NCBI GenBank assembly: GCA_965644295.1
Contig: CBFFRP010000012.1
Span: 1 to 64,000 of the forward strand
Direction of reading: 5' to 3'
Source of the DNA: Paraphysomonas bandaiensis
Lineage: Eukaryota > Protista > Chrysophyceae
Length of the DNA stretch: 64,000 nt
In this document: in pieces, positions 37,253 to 51,583 of the stretch
Numbering within the stretch: the first letter of the stretch is position 1
How the letters are laid out: each line of letters starts with the position of its first letter
Translations under genes and position numbers: made by a program
Notes under the pieces: generated by a model
What the model was told of the DNA's origin: nothing
Database searches by the model: none
What the model saw: the letters and a program-made list of their open reading frames with translations, nothing else

Positions 37253-37945
37253 ACCTTTTCGTGGTGTTCTGGGGGATAAGATAAGTACCGGGAAACTATA
37301 TATATATAAGATAAGCAGAAAACGTTCTACCTACTCATAGCCAAATGCTTCTTGTGTGGTACAAGGGACACAAAGAAGTGTCGTAGTGAATAGAGGCGTT
37401 TAAGAGCCAGTGCTTAACTCGTCTGATAATCTTACTATTTAACGCTACGAAAGCTGCTTGTGTGTCACCGCATGCACCAAGGTGCAACCACTTTCGCTCT
37501 ATCACTCAAAGCAAAAGCCGTGAGTAATCAGAGTGTTGGTACACCTGACAACTTCTGGCTTCAGGAGATTTGAGTCCTTAAGGTGAACAGCCCTTGACTT
37601 GTGTAGACGTCTTTGGGCCTTGACAAAATAGTCTCAGGCATCTGGAAAATTTCCACCTCAAAGGCATTCGGGGTATTGGACTGTCTGCTGAGAAGTCAAG
37701 CATCCCGGCTGTTCACCTTAAGAACTCAAAATCTTGAAGCCAGCAGATGTCAGGTATACCAACACTCTGATTCCTCACGGCTTTTGCTTTGAGTGATAGA
37801 GCGAAAGTGGTTGCATCTTTGTGCTTGCAGTAACGCACAAGCAGTTTTAGTAGCGTTAAATAGTAAGATTATCAGACGAGTTAAGCACTATAGTTAGTTA
37901 TGCTAAATTAGTAATTAGTTCTGACTCTTAAACGCCTATTGCTAA
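37253..37945 (+). mobile_element. Short retroposon copy with an antisense copy of the same family inserted (37383-37595)
   Basis: The sense body is interrupted at aagtgtc|acttgtgtagacg. The result is ~183-bp inverted arms 37410-37592 / 37707-37889. Confidence 0.8.
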
Positions 37946-38001
37946 TTTGTAGAAATGCGATGCCTACAATAATTTTACTTCTAGTATCTAGTATATATGA
38001 A

Positions 38002-38235
38002 GGGGAAATATTATTCAGCCTAGTCAAATTGGTTGACAAACCTAGTCATACCAAAATTGGTGGAATAATCTAGTCAAAGTAATTAATGACTCAACCTAGT
38101 CAATTTTGATATTCAACCTTGTCGTTCTTATATCTATTGATTACACACTGTGACTGTCTAAGATACCATCTCACACCACACAATATATTAGTGGCTTACA
38201 GAGCATTAAAACAAACATTCAAACATAACAATAAG
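38002..38235 (+). repeat. Fragment of a GGG-terminated, cctagtcaa-rich MITE family (also 12816-12910 and 59590-60308)
   Basis: ggggaaatattattcagcctagtcaa... plus the shared block tacacactgtgactgt...aaacattcaaacataacaa. Confidence 0.55.
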
Positions 38236-38437
38236 CTCATACTTACATATCTACTGAACTATATGATGAAAGATACTTCGCCTATTAACATAATTCCATT
38301 GTGCCAGCAGAACTTAGTCCTTTGCAATGTAGTAAATATATTTTGCGTAAAACAGCAATGGTGAGAACGCACTTCAAATGTCAACTTTTCCACTAACACG
38401 TTAATATATCACTGAATAAAAGTGGAATAAAAAATTC

Positions 38438-39479
38438 CTAATCATAAATAGATATGCGAACTCTAGGAAGGGATTTCTGCAATTCAGATCTGCCTGCACT
38501 TGTGGTTCTGAAGCAATAATGTAGATCCAAAAGTAATAACGCCGAACATTTCATGAGAGCTCTCAATCCAGCATCAGTGATGAGGTGACAGCTATACATG
38601 TTCAAGTACGAGATGTTGATACAGCCCCGAGACAGTGCAATAATACCAGCATCTGTAATCGCGTCACATGAACGAATATTTAGAGAAGCAAGTGACTTGC
38701 ATTCATATGATAATCGGACTAATGCATAATCCGTGATCTTATAGCAATGACATAAGTTCAAGTAATTGGCATTCGGACACCCTCTGGCAATCGCAGCAGT
38801 CGATACATAAATTGGTGAGTTGAGGACAGTTTTCACCTATACATTTCAGGCTAGCAGATGTAATGTGACACTTGCTTAAATTGATAGATCTCAGTGAGGT
38901 ATTTCGAGATATCAAAGCAGTAAGTCCGCTGTCGGAAATTCCAATACAGTTCGAAATGCCCAGTGTGTGCAGTTCATTGCATCCTCGCGAGAGTTGAATC
39001 AATCCATAAGATGAAATATTCGGACAGCTACTTAAGTTTAAACTAATCAACAGCTTGGAATATTGAGCAAATGTCGATAGTGAAATATCAGATATTTGCT
39101 CACATTTACGCAAGTCCAAATCTTGCAAATTGCAACATCCTTTACACAACTGTAAAACTCCTGTATCTGTGATATCATAACATCCACTCATATCAACCTT
39201 TCGTAGATGCGGATTCCTTTGAGCGACAATTTCAAGAGCACTATCGGGCAGGTAACTGCATGATGACAAAGTCAACGAGAAAGTAGATTCCGAACTACTT
39301 TTGCTAAGCAATGAGAAGAAATTTCTGCTTGCAAGACTGCTCGTATATATAGCACGTGACTTGCGTATATTAGCATCCCCATCAGTATTTCGTAGAGATT
39401 TATCTTGGGAAATATCCGTAGCTGTCATACAATAATTAGAATGGATGCAAAGAGTGCGTTGCGCAGTGATCGTTTTCAA
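38438..39479 (-). pseudogene. Cys-containing LRR (FBXL/AMN1-like) protein with one frameshift
   Basis: Repeated LxxLxLxxCxxITDxG. The frame switches near 38800 with no intron visible. Confidence 0.7.
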
Positions 39480-39901
39480 CCAACAGTAATCACTATCCTC
39501 ACTTCAGGTGAAAAATTACAAAGCTGATACATTGTACGGTAGAAATGTGAAGATTTATCCGCGCCGTTACTTTAACAATATCGTGATTGATTCTACTATT
39601 CATCATATCTCATCACTGGACACTCATATCCAGATATCTGCCAGTAAGAATTCCTAGCTACGCACGAGTTGAGCTAACGACAAGCTCAACCTTGTTTTAT
39701 ACGTTAAACTACGCTGAAATACTGATAACTTCGGTACGGTCAGTCCGGATATTGCAGTATGTTTGGATGGGATGTCAGCATCATGTCATGCTCTGATGCA
39801 GGAATTCCTACTATGGTGTGCGAGTAGTTGTGTGCAGGTAGAGATTACCAGCACAGTGTGACATACTGTTTATCACTACACTTAGCTCCATATATACAAC
39901 C

Positions 39902-41394
39902 ATGTTCAAAGTTGTTACCGCCGGACTAACTGCTGCTCTTGTGGCCTCCTCTGGAAACCTTGAGGGACGGTCTAAGTCCCATCGCTTCTCCAGACACCAT
40001 GAGCTGGACAGATACACATTCGAGGACTACTTGAGGGAGTCGGGGAAGATGTATTCGTCAGATGAGTTCGAGCGCAGGAAAGAGATATTTGAGAGTAATC
40101 TCAAAGTAATCCAATCTCATAATGCGGGTGAGTCGTCCTGGAAGATGGGTGTGAACCAATTCACTGACATGACTCGGGATGAGCTCCGATATACTCGAGG
40201 AGCTGATAAGGTTGCCCTAGCATCATCGAAGAAGGTTCAAACTTCACAGTTTCATGATGTGGATATCTCTTCTTTGCCGAAATCTGTGGACTGGAGAGAT
40301 GCTGGTGTTGTGACTGCTGTCAAAGATCAGGTACTTTTCCTCGTTGTGTGCATGTTACTTGTTTGTACGGCTATGTCGTTATGTATATGTAATGTTAGCA
40401 TTAAGTTTCTACAATTTGACGTATAAGTACTATCAAAGTGAACAACATGCTGCTTTTTGTGAGTACTGAATGTCAGGGTCACTGCGGTTCGTGCTGGGCG
40501 CATGCTGCAGCTGAGACTATCGAGTCATTCGTAGCGATTAATACTGGTCTATTGTACGAAGTCAGTCTTCAAGAGCTTGTTTCTTGTATGCCTAACTCCG
40601 ATTCCTGCGGAGGTATAGGTGGGTGCGAAGGAGCAACGGCGGAGCTTGCGTTTGACTATTTGGCGCAATACGGTCTCCCAGAGGTGTTTGTATGGGGATA
40701 CTTGACTGAAACGTACTGGTTTAGCTCCACCAATTCTAACGGAGCATGTATTCGGGACGAAATGTATGGAGGGTCATCGGCAGTGCCACGCGCTGTTACC
40801 GGTACGGGTTACAGCCTCTTACCTCGCAACAGCTACAAAGACACTATGGCTGCGGTGGCCACTCTCGGTCCCCTGGCTGTAAATGTTGACGCTTCTGACT
40901 GGCACCTGTACGAGTCTGGAGTCTTCTCGGGATGCCCGCAGACGGATGTTGATATTAACCATGTTGTTCAACTGGTCGGATACGGGACTGATGATGTGTC
41001 GGGTGAAGATTACTGGTGAGCCATACTTCTTTGATATGCGTACATATATCCATACATCTCAAATATTTCTGTCTATTGATATGCATTTTAGTGTTAAATG
41101 GATTTATACTTTAAATGAACATGTGCCCTTGTAAATACCATTGACATATGATGATTCGTAGCATTAGATGTATATTAAGTTGTTTTCTTTTATAGGTTAG
41201 TGCGGAACTCCTGGTCTCCTGCCTATGGTGAGGAAGGTTATATTCGTATCGCCCGCAGCGAGGGATATTGTGGTATGGACTATCACAACGGAGATGGAGT
41301 GGGGTGCTCATATGACCCCACCAACGTCACTGTGTGTGGTATGTGTGGAATTCTGTACGATGTGTCCTACCCGACAGGAGCTACTGTTGTGTAA
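39902..41394 (+). CDS. Papain-family (C1A) cathepsin L-like cysteine protease with I29 propeptide, 3 exons
   Basis: Signal peptide, ERFNIN-like and GVNQFTD motifs, LPKSVDWR, QGHCGSCWA, NHVVQLVGYG, WLVRNSW. Exons 39902-40330, 40477-41015, 41196-41394. Confidence 0.95.
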
Positions 41395-41663
41395 TGAATC
41401 AGTGTGTGCGCCTTGTTAGGGTAATAGTTTTGTGATACTGTTTCCTTGATCAAATGGTAGTTATAAATGTCTACAGAAATTGCTGGTTGCCATTTAGCTA
41501 TGTATGATTACAGCTGTAAGCTGCATCGCATAATTACAACTGCAAATGTAGTAATATGAATGAAGAATTATTGAACAATGAATAAAACTTCAGAACATTG
41601 AAACATAACAAACACACGTGTGTGAGCACTCATGCGATTATAACGCTAATTAGTAGTAAATGG

Positions 41664-42429
41664 CTGGGCCTGGTAACCGTTAATGGTAGTGGCATTAATG
41701 GTAATTCCATCTTAATTGCCGGGACATTTTTCATTAATGCCATTTTAATTGCCGGGAACCGGACTACCATTAATGACCTGTACTGCTATTTATAGAGCTG
41801 AGTGCTTTTAAGATAATATAGAATATAGTAAATTCCTCTACACTCCGAAGAAACTCTAAACAATTTAGACAACAATGTTCATGCAACTCTACAGGCACTC
41901 TGTGGCAACCTTGTTCATTATCCTCTCAATGCATTCTAGAGTTAGAAAATAGTTTCCTGAGCAAGCAATATCTATAGCGACGTACTCATATACCCAAAAC
42001 TCTAAAATAATTATTGAAAATGTGCATATTTCACCTAGACAACATTCATAAAAATTCTATTTTCCCCAAAAGTTGAAAGAAGTACAGTTGAAAGAACCCT
42101 AACCATGAAGCCCTGAAAGAAGATCCTGATGTGCCAGTAGAGAGCGAGAAGTAGTTAAAATTTGTAGTTTGCTATTTAACTAAAAATTAGTAATTAAGGG
42201 AACACAACACTATCTATTATATGAGTGGTGCTATCTACATTAAGTCTAGCATTCTTCTAGCCACTAATTGATGCAAGGTCTCAACGCCTATTGCTAAATA
42301 ATCAGACATTCACTACTCTACATTAAGTTAGTAGCTATTAATGGCCATTAATGGTAATGCCATCATAATTGCCGAGGCATTTTTCATTAATGCCATTTTA
42401 ATTGCCGGGAACTGGACTACCAGGCCCTG
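41664..42429. mobile_element. hAT-type MITE
   Basis: TIRs ctgggcctggta / taccaggccctg, perfect 8-bp TSD gtaaatgg (41656-41663, 42430-42437), subterminal cattaatg/aattgccgg repeats. Contains a retroposon 3' tip at ~42258-42316. Confidence 0.88.
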
Positions 42430-43599
42430 GTAAATGGTGCCTAGAGTTATTTCTAGTAAATATAAGAAACAGTAATAACAATTTTTGCTCAGAGAGTAAA
42501 ACCTGTTCATGCAGGCTCGTAGTATTTGTTTATTGAAATTAGACTTTAGTCATCTATCTCATAGTCAATATTGCAGTTTACATAGGTAAGAATAAACCTG
42601 GCCAATTGAAACGGCTACATTATTAGGAAATTGCTTTCAAAACGCACAGCGCCGTTATAAGGTATTGACGTATTGACGCGGATAAATCGTAGTTGTGTGT
42701 GATGTTAGCTTTGATAACAGAATAGTTTTAGGATAGTTTTATACGTTTTTATTACAGTACTTATTTTAGAATTCGCATATATTAAGTTAAAAACCGAAGA
42801 CACACTACACGAAAAGTCAACAACAAAACATTCATTTCGATTATGCACCCACCTGCCGCCTTCTTCCACTTCCTGTAATCCTACTTTGTAATAACATTGT
42901 TAGATTTCACATTCCTATTTTCCAGTCATTGTATTCAGGGACAAGCTCAAATATCCCTGTCGTTGACGTAATTTTCTTTTTAGGTTGGTTCTCAAACTTC
43001 CCACGCGCCTTTCTAATAGTTCTACCATATTATTAGAACCCATTATACGTTCGATGTAGCCCGTTGTCACTGCAAGCAGTTATTTTGCCATGCAAGTTAT
43101 AAACATTTCTCACAACATCACCTTCACTACACATAAGATCGAGGACCGACATGGTCGAGTGTACTTTGTCAACCAACTCATCTCTCAAGTAAAAGTGAGC
43201 AATATATCGTAGTATTTTTACTAGATATCTAGATATTATATATAGAACAAAAAATTCTAGAAAAGTTCTATCCAACTGCTAAATCTGATGTGCCTACATG
43301 TAATTACGCAATTTGACTACTATATCCAATGCTATTTTATATATTTCTTGGGACGAGTTTGTTTATTAACTGTACACAGACGTGCCATAGTTCCGGCATA
43401 TCTTACCCTTTATATTCGAGGTAATGTATTACAGTTGTACGAACTTGTGTTTAGCTAAGCCCAAAATTAGCGAATACATTCGAGATAAAAATAGTCCAAC
43501 TATACGTTGGTCAAAACATTAAAAACATTGACATGATGTGCTCAATCGACAACACATGTGCTACAATAAAGATTAAAGCCCAAATTTCTCAGATATTAC

Positions 43600-46500
43600 A
43601 TGTACATCATCCTCTGGCTTTTTAATTGGTGAAACATATTCACCAAAACGACAAAAAGACTTTTCATCCACTGGCGCCTACTGACGTCCACGAATTACAA
43701 CTTTAGCAGGTCAAATCGATTCCGACTCACTTGTCACACTCAGAGGGGTGTCAATGACATCGACGCTCCAAGTTCACTACGACCCTTTTCACTTCCATGA
43801 GTTGTTCCAAACGACTTCAAAATAGCAGTTGCATCGCTAGTACCAGAAGTTACAGCCAGTCGTTTAAATTACGGCTTCATCATATTCTACCGGTCCCTCC
43901 ACTGTCGATTCCATTTCAGATCCTCCAGAGCTAGTGCTATAAAAATCGTCGAGTGAATCGAAAAATGTAGAGTTATTTCCTTCATGCCAGAGAGACTATA
44001 CTCGTCGTAATAGATATTCTTGCCGTATTCCACATTCATGTAAGATGAGCTCTTAGAGCTTCCACCGTGAGACGATCCACTTTTTAGACTCGGCTGAGAG
44101 GAATCGGTGCTCCTTTGTCGAAAGCTGTGAGCACTGGTGGCACTACTACCACTACACTTTGAGTAAGCTGACGACATATCTGAAGATTTGGTGCAGTACG
44201 AACTGTTATCAACACTTGAGTACTTCTCCGTAGAGTAACCGAACTCACTCTCACTGATATCCCGGTCTACTACAAGTGGAAAGTTGAGACCCGTGCTACT
44301 CTGCATCCTAACAGCTTTCCTACTTTTTTGGTCTAATCCTGGCTCGGAAGAACTGGAACCAGTGTACGATCTAGAACTCGAAAAGTACGAACCAGTTGAA
44401 TAACATACCGAATCATTCGATGCGGATGTGATGTTCGATCCGGAAACACTCCGAAACTAATAGATGTTCAGACGAGCTTTCTATTTCTCTTCCCAAGTGT
44501 TGTGGGCTTTGTCCTTTAGATCCTGCTGTTTCTTAATACGGTTTCGGAAGAAGATACACAAGGACAGTAAAAATACTAGCAATATAAAGAATCCAACACC
44601 GTACCCAAAACGAGAGTCCGTACTTAGCGGGGATGCTGCGACGTCGGCTAAACCACCGGAATCAATATCGGTGGGAGAAGCACTGGGTGCTTCTGTAGGA
44701 CATCCACCAATATTGGACGCTATCACCAGAATGAGACCAGACCAAGACAAAAGACAGCGTGCAATGCACGTAAATGCATTCGGAGGGTATGAAACTCTCT
44801 CACGACGAGAGTGTGGAGTGGAATTCCACACAAAGAAGACGGTATATCACCTCGAAAGCCATTGCCACTGATATCCAAGTAAGGAACAGATTTCATATAT
44901 GCAAAAACGCTAATGCTCTCGTCAATCGTTTGTAATCGGCGAGATTCTATATAGCATTGTCATCATTAGAAGGAGTAAGAGTTGACCCAAAGTAGTTGTT
45001 ATGATATCCAAAGATTCTATATTCACTAATCTGGCGAACAATGAAGGCAGAGACCCAAAAAACTGATTCGTTGACAAGTCAAGGGATCGAAGGGTGATGA
45101 TATTTCCAAAAGCAAAGGAATTGTTCCAACAATTCCAATTTCAATCAAATCAATCGGGTCAATTACATCATTTACACAGGTAACAAAGGTCCACCCATCT
45201 TCACAGTGCGGAAACAACACTATCACAGGACGATATCGGTACCAGATGATCTCCGCACTTCCATCCAGACATTGTACTGTCTGCTACCACACGGGAATAC
45301 TGGTAGAAGTTATCAGACTGCAAAGCACAACTTCAACTTCACTTGCAACTCTCATCGGAGGATAGGTCACTGCAGTCGGGAAAAAATCACTTGATGGCAC
45401 TACAGTTGGAGTGTTAGTTACACCTTCCCTTCCAGGTAACATTGTCGGAGATATCGTCGGTACCAAAGTTGGAATGTTAGTAACACCTTCCCTACCAGGT
45501 GACCTTGTCGGAGATATCGTCGTTACCAGGGTTGGAGTGTTAGTTTCACCTTCCCTACCAGGTGACATTGTTGGAGAAATCGTCGGTACAGGGAAGGAGT
45601 GTTAGTTACGCCTTCTATACCAGGTGCCATTGTAGGAGTAATCATTTGGCTCTAAAATATCCGACAATGTCGGTGCCATTGTAGTTGATTCCGTTAATGA
45701 TACCGTTGGAATTACACTAAGTATATAGGTTGGTTTCGGTCTACACACATCAACTACGGAAGTCTTTTCTACAAAGACACCGTCCCCGCCAACAATTTCA
45801 AATTCTAATTGATCCTGAGCACCACCAGACACGCCGCAAAATGACCATGAAATATTCTCCGCTCTATCGTCACAGAAACTTGTAGCACGGAATATGTAGT
45901 GACCAGGATCAATGCATGCGACATCAGTATAGTTCCAACTAGCAAAACACGAAGTTGAGCCAAATGAAAATATATCATTTCGATTATGTGCACTTGTTAT
46001 GAATAGGATGAATCAGAATAGGCATCGACCTCTCCTGGGTTACTAAATGTACTACCATTGCCATCATAGCGTTTATTATCAATATACCACGAAGTAAGGT
46101 CTACAGAAGAATTATATTCACTGTAACGTTCAGGATACGACAGTATACCCACATATGACGACAAACTATTGTGGTTGTCACCTGGAGAATACTCAAACAC
46201 CATACTCGTGTTATAGCCACCATAATACTTCGGCCCCAACTACCATTCTCAACTACCTGTACCGTTCAATGAATCTCCGAAAAATACTCAGGAAGATCAC
46301 TGGCGGCGTTATTCACATTCAAGTAGTGAGTCTGATCTCCAGCGGAACCCTGTGGAGATGTACAAGCTACACGTACTGTACAATTGCAATTCACTTCGAC
46401 AGAAACTTCATTATAAACCACCCCTTCATTCTCTAGCCAGTGATGAAACTGTACATCTGATCCCCATCCATCACCAAAACGATCGACAAGTGTCATGAGT

Positions 46501-48795
46501 AAACAAGTTTTTTCTGCAGCATACGTATATAGCGAATACTCTTTAATGCTATCAACACAGGTAAATTCGTTGTTAGAAGTTGGTGAAAAAGATGGCACGA
46601 CTGATAGAGGGGATGCCAGAGCTGATGAGGGGGCAAGTGTAGGCATACGAGTTGGAAGTACAGTGGGAACCTCGGTACAATAGTTGATGATACGGTTGGA
46701 AGCTCCATAGGAGGACGTGTAGGCTTCGAAGTAGGAGCGATGGTTGGGGGTGAGGCAGGCGTCGGTGCATTACTCGAGACAAGGGTTGGGTGGGAGGTTG
46801 GTAATATAGACGGTACGGATGTCGGTAACACAATGGGCTTGGTTTTAGGTTCTACCATGGGTGCAGCCGTCGGTGCATTACTCGGGACAAGGGTTGGGTG
46901 CAAGGTTGGTAAAACATATGGTATAATTGTTGAGGTTCTGGTAGGTACAGTTGTTGGAAAGCATGTTGGCGTCTTTGTTGGTTCAATTGTAGATATACAG
47001 TTTGGCTTTGACGTTGGTGCATCTGTGATGCTGTGATTACCATAAACTAACAAACGAACAACTTACACGTGAAGCAGTCTCTTGGCGTTGGGGTTGGTGC
47101 AACTGTGGTACCAATTTCAATCCAAGAAGGAGCTGATGTCAGCTCCGGGTTTGAGTGATATACAGCACACCTTTTGCTCGAATACCGATGAGGCGGGGGT
47201 TACATATGCACGCTGTTCCTTGAGCATTGCATTTTCCCAAAGCTACAATAAAAATTATTTATATGCGGATGACAGTATTGACCCGGTTCAAGTTGTGGTC
47301 CAGAGTGGGATTCCCTACAAGCCTCAGAGGGCCAGTAGTGTTCCATATCGTATCAAACACACTTTCCATTCTCACAGAATCCACGTCCATAGTTTGCATT
47401 CGATGTGCAGGAGGCTATTTAAAACTACGATCACGAGAACTCAAACGTGGCACACCTCACTTACCTGCGCTGAAGTATTGTATACAAGTAGAAACAGAGG
47501 TCATGCCAACTATAGAAGTGGGGACTGGAGTAGTACCAATAAAAGGAGTTGGAGCTGAGATTGTCCCTATGTGGGCAGGAGTATTACCACCAAAAGGTAT
47601 TGGAGATGAAGTTGCCGCGATATTTGGTATGAAGGGCAAAGTAGCACCAAATGATGAATTTGGAGCTGAGGTTGCCATAATGACGAGCCGAGGATACTCA
47701 GAGAGGAAATTGAGATTGTGCCCACATTAGAATTTTCGCGCAGGGGCATCACAGATAAAAAACAGCCCTGTGCAAACCACATCCCCAGAGTTCAGCTGCC
47801 AACCACCATGGAATACACTTTCACGAACGCAGTACGGGAATCCTGAGTGATGCAAGGATCTTCCTGGACACGTACATCAGCCTTACTTGGCGTTAGGGAA
47901 GACACTGCTACAGCAACTCTCCCTGATACATCCACAGGCGACACCAGTGTTGCAAACAAACCCGGCCTACTAGCATAATCAAGAGCAAACCTGAGTTCAT
48001 GTGGAGCCTTGGTGACGCTTTAAATAGATTTTGACTCGATGTTGATTCCTTCTATACAACTCACACTCATTCCTATTGGAAATACAATATAAGCCAACTC
48101 CTCAGGACTGGTCATCACAAAATTTAAATCGTCAGTTGAATCATGGTATCGCAGCAAAAATTCAATAAAGCTGCGTTGAATATTCAGACCTCGAACAACA
48201 AGCAGCCGATTGTAGACAAGAGTCTGAAGCTGGGATACTAAACCCACTGTGATGTTGCCATCAAACCGGCACTCGCGATGTATATCTCCACACCCTTTGG
48301 AAAAGTCAAACCGAATATAATTACTCCTGTCGTCAATATTTTTATTTCTTCGTGTGATATTATCCGCGCCAACAATTAGTCTATGACCCGCCAGTTCGTG
48401 CTTGCCCTTTTCCACTGCCAGCCAAGAAATAAGAGCTGAAATTCTTGGCACCGGCGCACTCCACTCCATGAAACAGCGACTGTCATTTACTCTATAATGC
48501 TTCGCTTCAAATGTAACTCTTCCAGTCAAGGTTATGTGACGTAAGCGCGTAGTCACCAGGGTTCACCAAGTTCATAAACATCACTAACAAACACAACTGC
48601 ATTGTGAAATGTTGTCAGTGCTGTAGAGGCAGCTGTCCATGAGTGCTCTGATATTTCTAAATAGCCACCCTTTAACCAAAATGATTCTTCACGCTTCTCA
48701 GTGAGGACATCTACAACACGGGCTGTAGAGGAACTATGTGCAACAATATATTGAAAATGGCACATACACAAGATAGATACAATGTGCTCTAACAT
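43600..48795 (-). pseudogene. Decayed large type-I membrane mucin-like (P/T/S-repeat) surface protein
   Basis: Signal-like MLEHIVSILCMCHFQYIVA, many APT/SPT/PTxxPT tracts, a 60-bp repeat at ~45400-45600, TM GYGVGFFILLVFLLSLCIFF-RNRIKK, Ser-rich tail. Split into more than 10 ORFs without clear introns. Confidence 0.7.
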
Positions 48796-49289
48796 TCTAC
48801 ACAAAATCTATATCAGACAGGATTAAATTGAAAGCCCAAGAAGTTGTACATGGTCACGCAGCTATTTCTCTAGGAACACCAGGCGATGAGATAGAGTACA
48901 GCGGTCAGTGTAGGAGTACATTGTATCCAAACAGGTAGATGCCGTCAGAAATCATCACAAACTTTCGAGCAGCTGGAGCTGCAACAAGGACGAGTTGAAG
49001 CTGTGAAAACTAACACTTCACTCCATAAAATCTGATTGGGGCACATACGTACGCATGAAAGGGCGGTAAGTGTACCATGTATACAGTATACTGTATACTG
49101 TGCCGATATATTTTTTGCAACGGCCACAGTCCCTTCAATTCAAAACTGAAAATATTGTGTCTCTTCAAGTTCTGTTTGTTCTATGGGTTGTGAGATGTGT
49201 TTGGGAGTGAACAATTGTATTGAGTTGAGTTCAGGGCTCAATTAAGACCACATTGACAGGACGTGGTATAGTATAGAGACACAGTAACC

Positions 49290-50186
49290 ATGGTATTCAT
49301 AGCTGCAATTTTGATGCCGAATTTTTAATACTGTGGCATATGTGCAGGCTCGTGGACCGAAGAAGCATTTGAAGCGTTTAAATACGCCCAAACACTGGAT
49401 GCTTTCCAAGATGGAGGGCATTTGGGTAAGTTTGTAGTTATACAGCCTTCGTTTATCAATAATATAAAACAATAGGCCCCTAGACCCTCTCAGGGACCTC
49501 ACAAGTTGAGAGAATGCTTGCCTCTGATGCTTATTTTGAGAAACAGACTTAAGTATGCCCTCACTGGTAAGGAGACCAAGATGATCTGCATGCAGAAGCT
49601 GGTTAAAGTTGACGGCAAGACTCGCACTGATCCCAACTTCCCAGCTGGATTCATGGATGTAGTTGAACTTCCCAAGGCTGGTGACCAGTTCCGTCTAATT
49701 TTCGATACCAAGGGTCGTTTCGTCCTCCATCGCATCAGCGATGAAGAGAAGGCTTTCAAGCTCTGCCGAGTCAAGCGTCAGGAACTCACCTTGAAAAAGG
49801 TACCTGTCATTGTAACCCATGATGGACGTACTATCAGATATCCTGACCCCCTTATCACCACCAACGACACTGTCAAGGTAGACATCGCCAGTGGCAAAGT
49901 CATCTCTTTCATCAAGTTTGAGGTCGGAAACATGTGCATGATCACCAAGGGTAGAAACACTGGTCGTGTTGGTACTATCATGCATGTTGAGAAGCACCCG
50001 GGATCTTTTGACATCGTGACTGTTCGTGATGCCGCTGGCCGCTCATTCTCCACACGTCTCGAGAATGTCTTCGTAATCGGCTCAAAGGACTCGAGCGACA
50101 TTACCCTCCCCAAGGGCAAAGGAGTTAAGCAGACCATTCTTGAGGAGCGTGAGATGATTGTCAAAAAGAGAAAGTTAATTGTTTAG
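49290..50186 (+). CDS. RPS4: 40S ribosomal protein S4 (eS4), 3 exons
   Basis: M|[26 protein letters not shown]|[17 protein letters not shown]...[12 protein letters not shown]. Exons 49290-49292, 49348-49425, 49476-50186. Confidence 0.98.
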
Positions 50187-51387
50187 ATCTGTTTTGGAAG
50201 CCACGCTGACGCCACTATAATTAATCAATTCCTGTCTCCCCATGTGTGACGTGCGCTTTTGACCTGTACAGTTACAGTAATTGATTCAAGCACGTGCTAC
50301 AAATAATATTTATTACTCGTTTTACCGATTATTAATACTTAGTAGTATTTTATGACAATAACATGGAATTGTAGTATATCGTACTGGTAGAGAACTCAAA
50401 CAGAAGCAGCGTTGAAGATTAATACCGGTGTATATAGTTATATTTAAAAGCACTTAAAAATTTCAAACGAAGGCAAAGAGCCCTTATCCCCATTTTGTCT
50501 AAAAAGTGTTTTTTGACATGAATTGGGTTCAACAGAACGCTCATAATAGAACTAATTTAGAATTTCGAACATTAGCAGCATGCAAATATAGAATATAGCA
50601 TTCAACATCAATATTCGGCTCAACAGAAGCTCTTTTCTATCTTAATTATAACTTTGCCAGTCATTTGAATGTGACTTTATTGTAATATCAGGGAAACTAC
50701 AATGATTAACCAACATTAAAGTGGATAACCAAACACTCCAATTGTATTTCATCATCCTCCAATGAGAAGAGCAAGTTGGGGTCGCATCATGCTTATGCCG
50801 CCTCAGCCTGTACCCCCCTGCACTAACACAGACGTCCGAGTCACTCCTCACAATTATGCTCATTACGTGCATAGATCTATCAGAGTACTCGACCCTGTGA
50901 CCCTCTTGTTCTGTAGCGCAGTCCCACACTCCTCAATCAGATGTTGCCTCTCTTGTACCAGTACACTTCCTCTCGACTCCCTGTTGCTGAATACACCGAA
51001 GAATCTGTGTATCCCACTGGTGTTCAACTACACACTCTCTTCCATAATATGTTCTCTGCTAGTGGCTAAGACAGCAAGGGAGCCGATTCCGATGCTTCTT
51101 CACAGTAGATCAACACCTTTTGCAAGACCTTCATCCACATACCTCCGAGCCACTTGGCACAATGCCTAAGGGAAGGGCACCAGATCGCCAAACTCAGAAG
51201 AGTATATTGCTGCTTCCCGTGGTTGCCGTGAGGCACACATAAGACAGCCCCAGATGCAAATTGCACAAAGTGTATGTGTAGTCTTAAGCGTTCCAGTGTG
51301 GTAGTAGTTGACTTAGATTACTGCTTTCTCTTCTTGTTATGCTGTACGTTGTACATAGCCCCTACATACACATCTATCATATAGCGA

Positions 51388-51583
51388 GAATGGTCGCACC
51401 TTGATGCTTGCGGCGACGCACAAGTAATTCTCGTAGCGTTAAATAATAGTAGGATATAAGAGTTTACACTATAGTGAGTAAATATGGTATATGCTTATCT
51501 AGCTTGTGACTAGTTTGTCCATCATCTAGCTACTAACCTGGTGCAGATTTTTAACGCCTATTGCTAATAATAAAACTTTCAAT
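51388..51583 (+). mobile_element. Retroposon 3' module
   Basis: tggtcgcaccttgatgcttgcggcgacgcacaag...aacgcctattgctaataataaaactttcaat. Confidence 0.75.

Noticed and set aside
37845-37890. Pistol-ribozyme-like CGUUAAAUAG...UUAAGC and hammerhead-like CUGACGA (63665)
   Set aside because: The required pseudoknot/P3 or GAAA core pairings could not be built.
49499-50164. Antisense ORFs over RPS4 and over the TE polyproteins
   Set aside because: Shadow ORFs produced by codon bias on the coding strand.
50760-51300. Possible RT remnant (RRYVDE on the minus strand)
   Set aside because: A single weak motif with stops and no other RT motifs.
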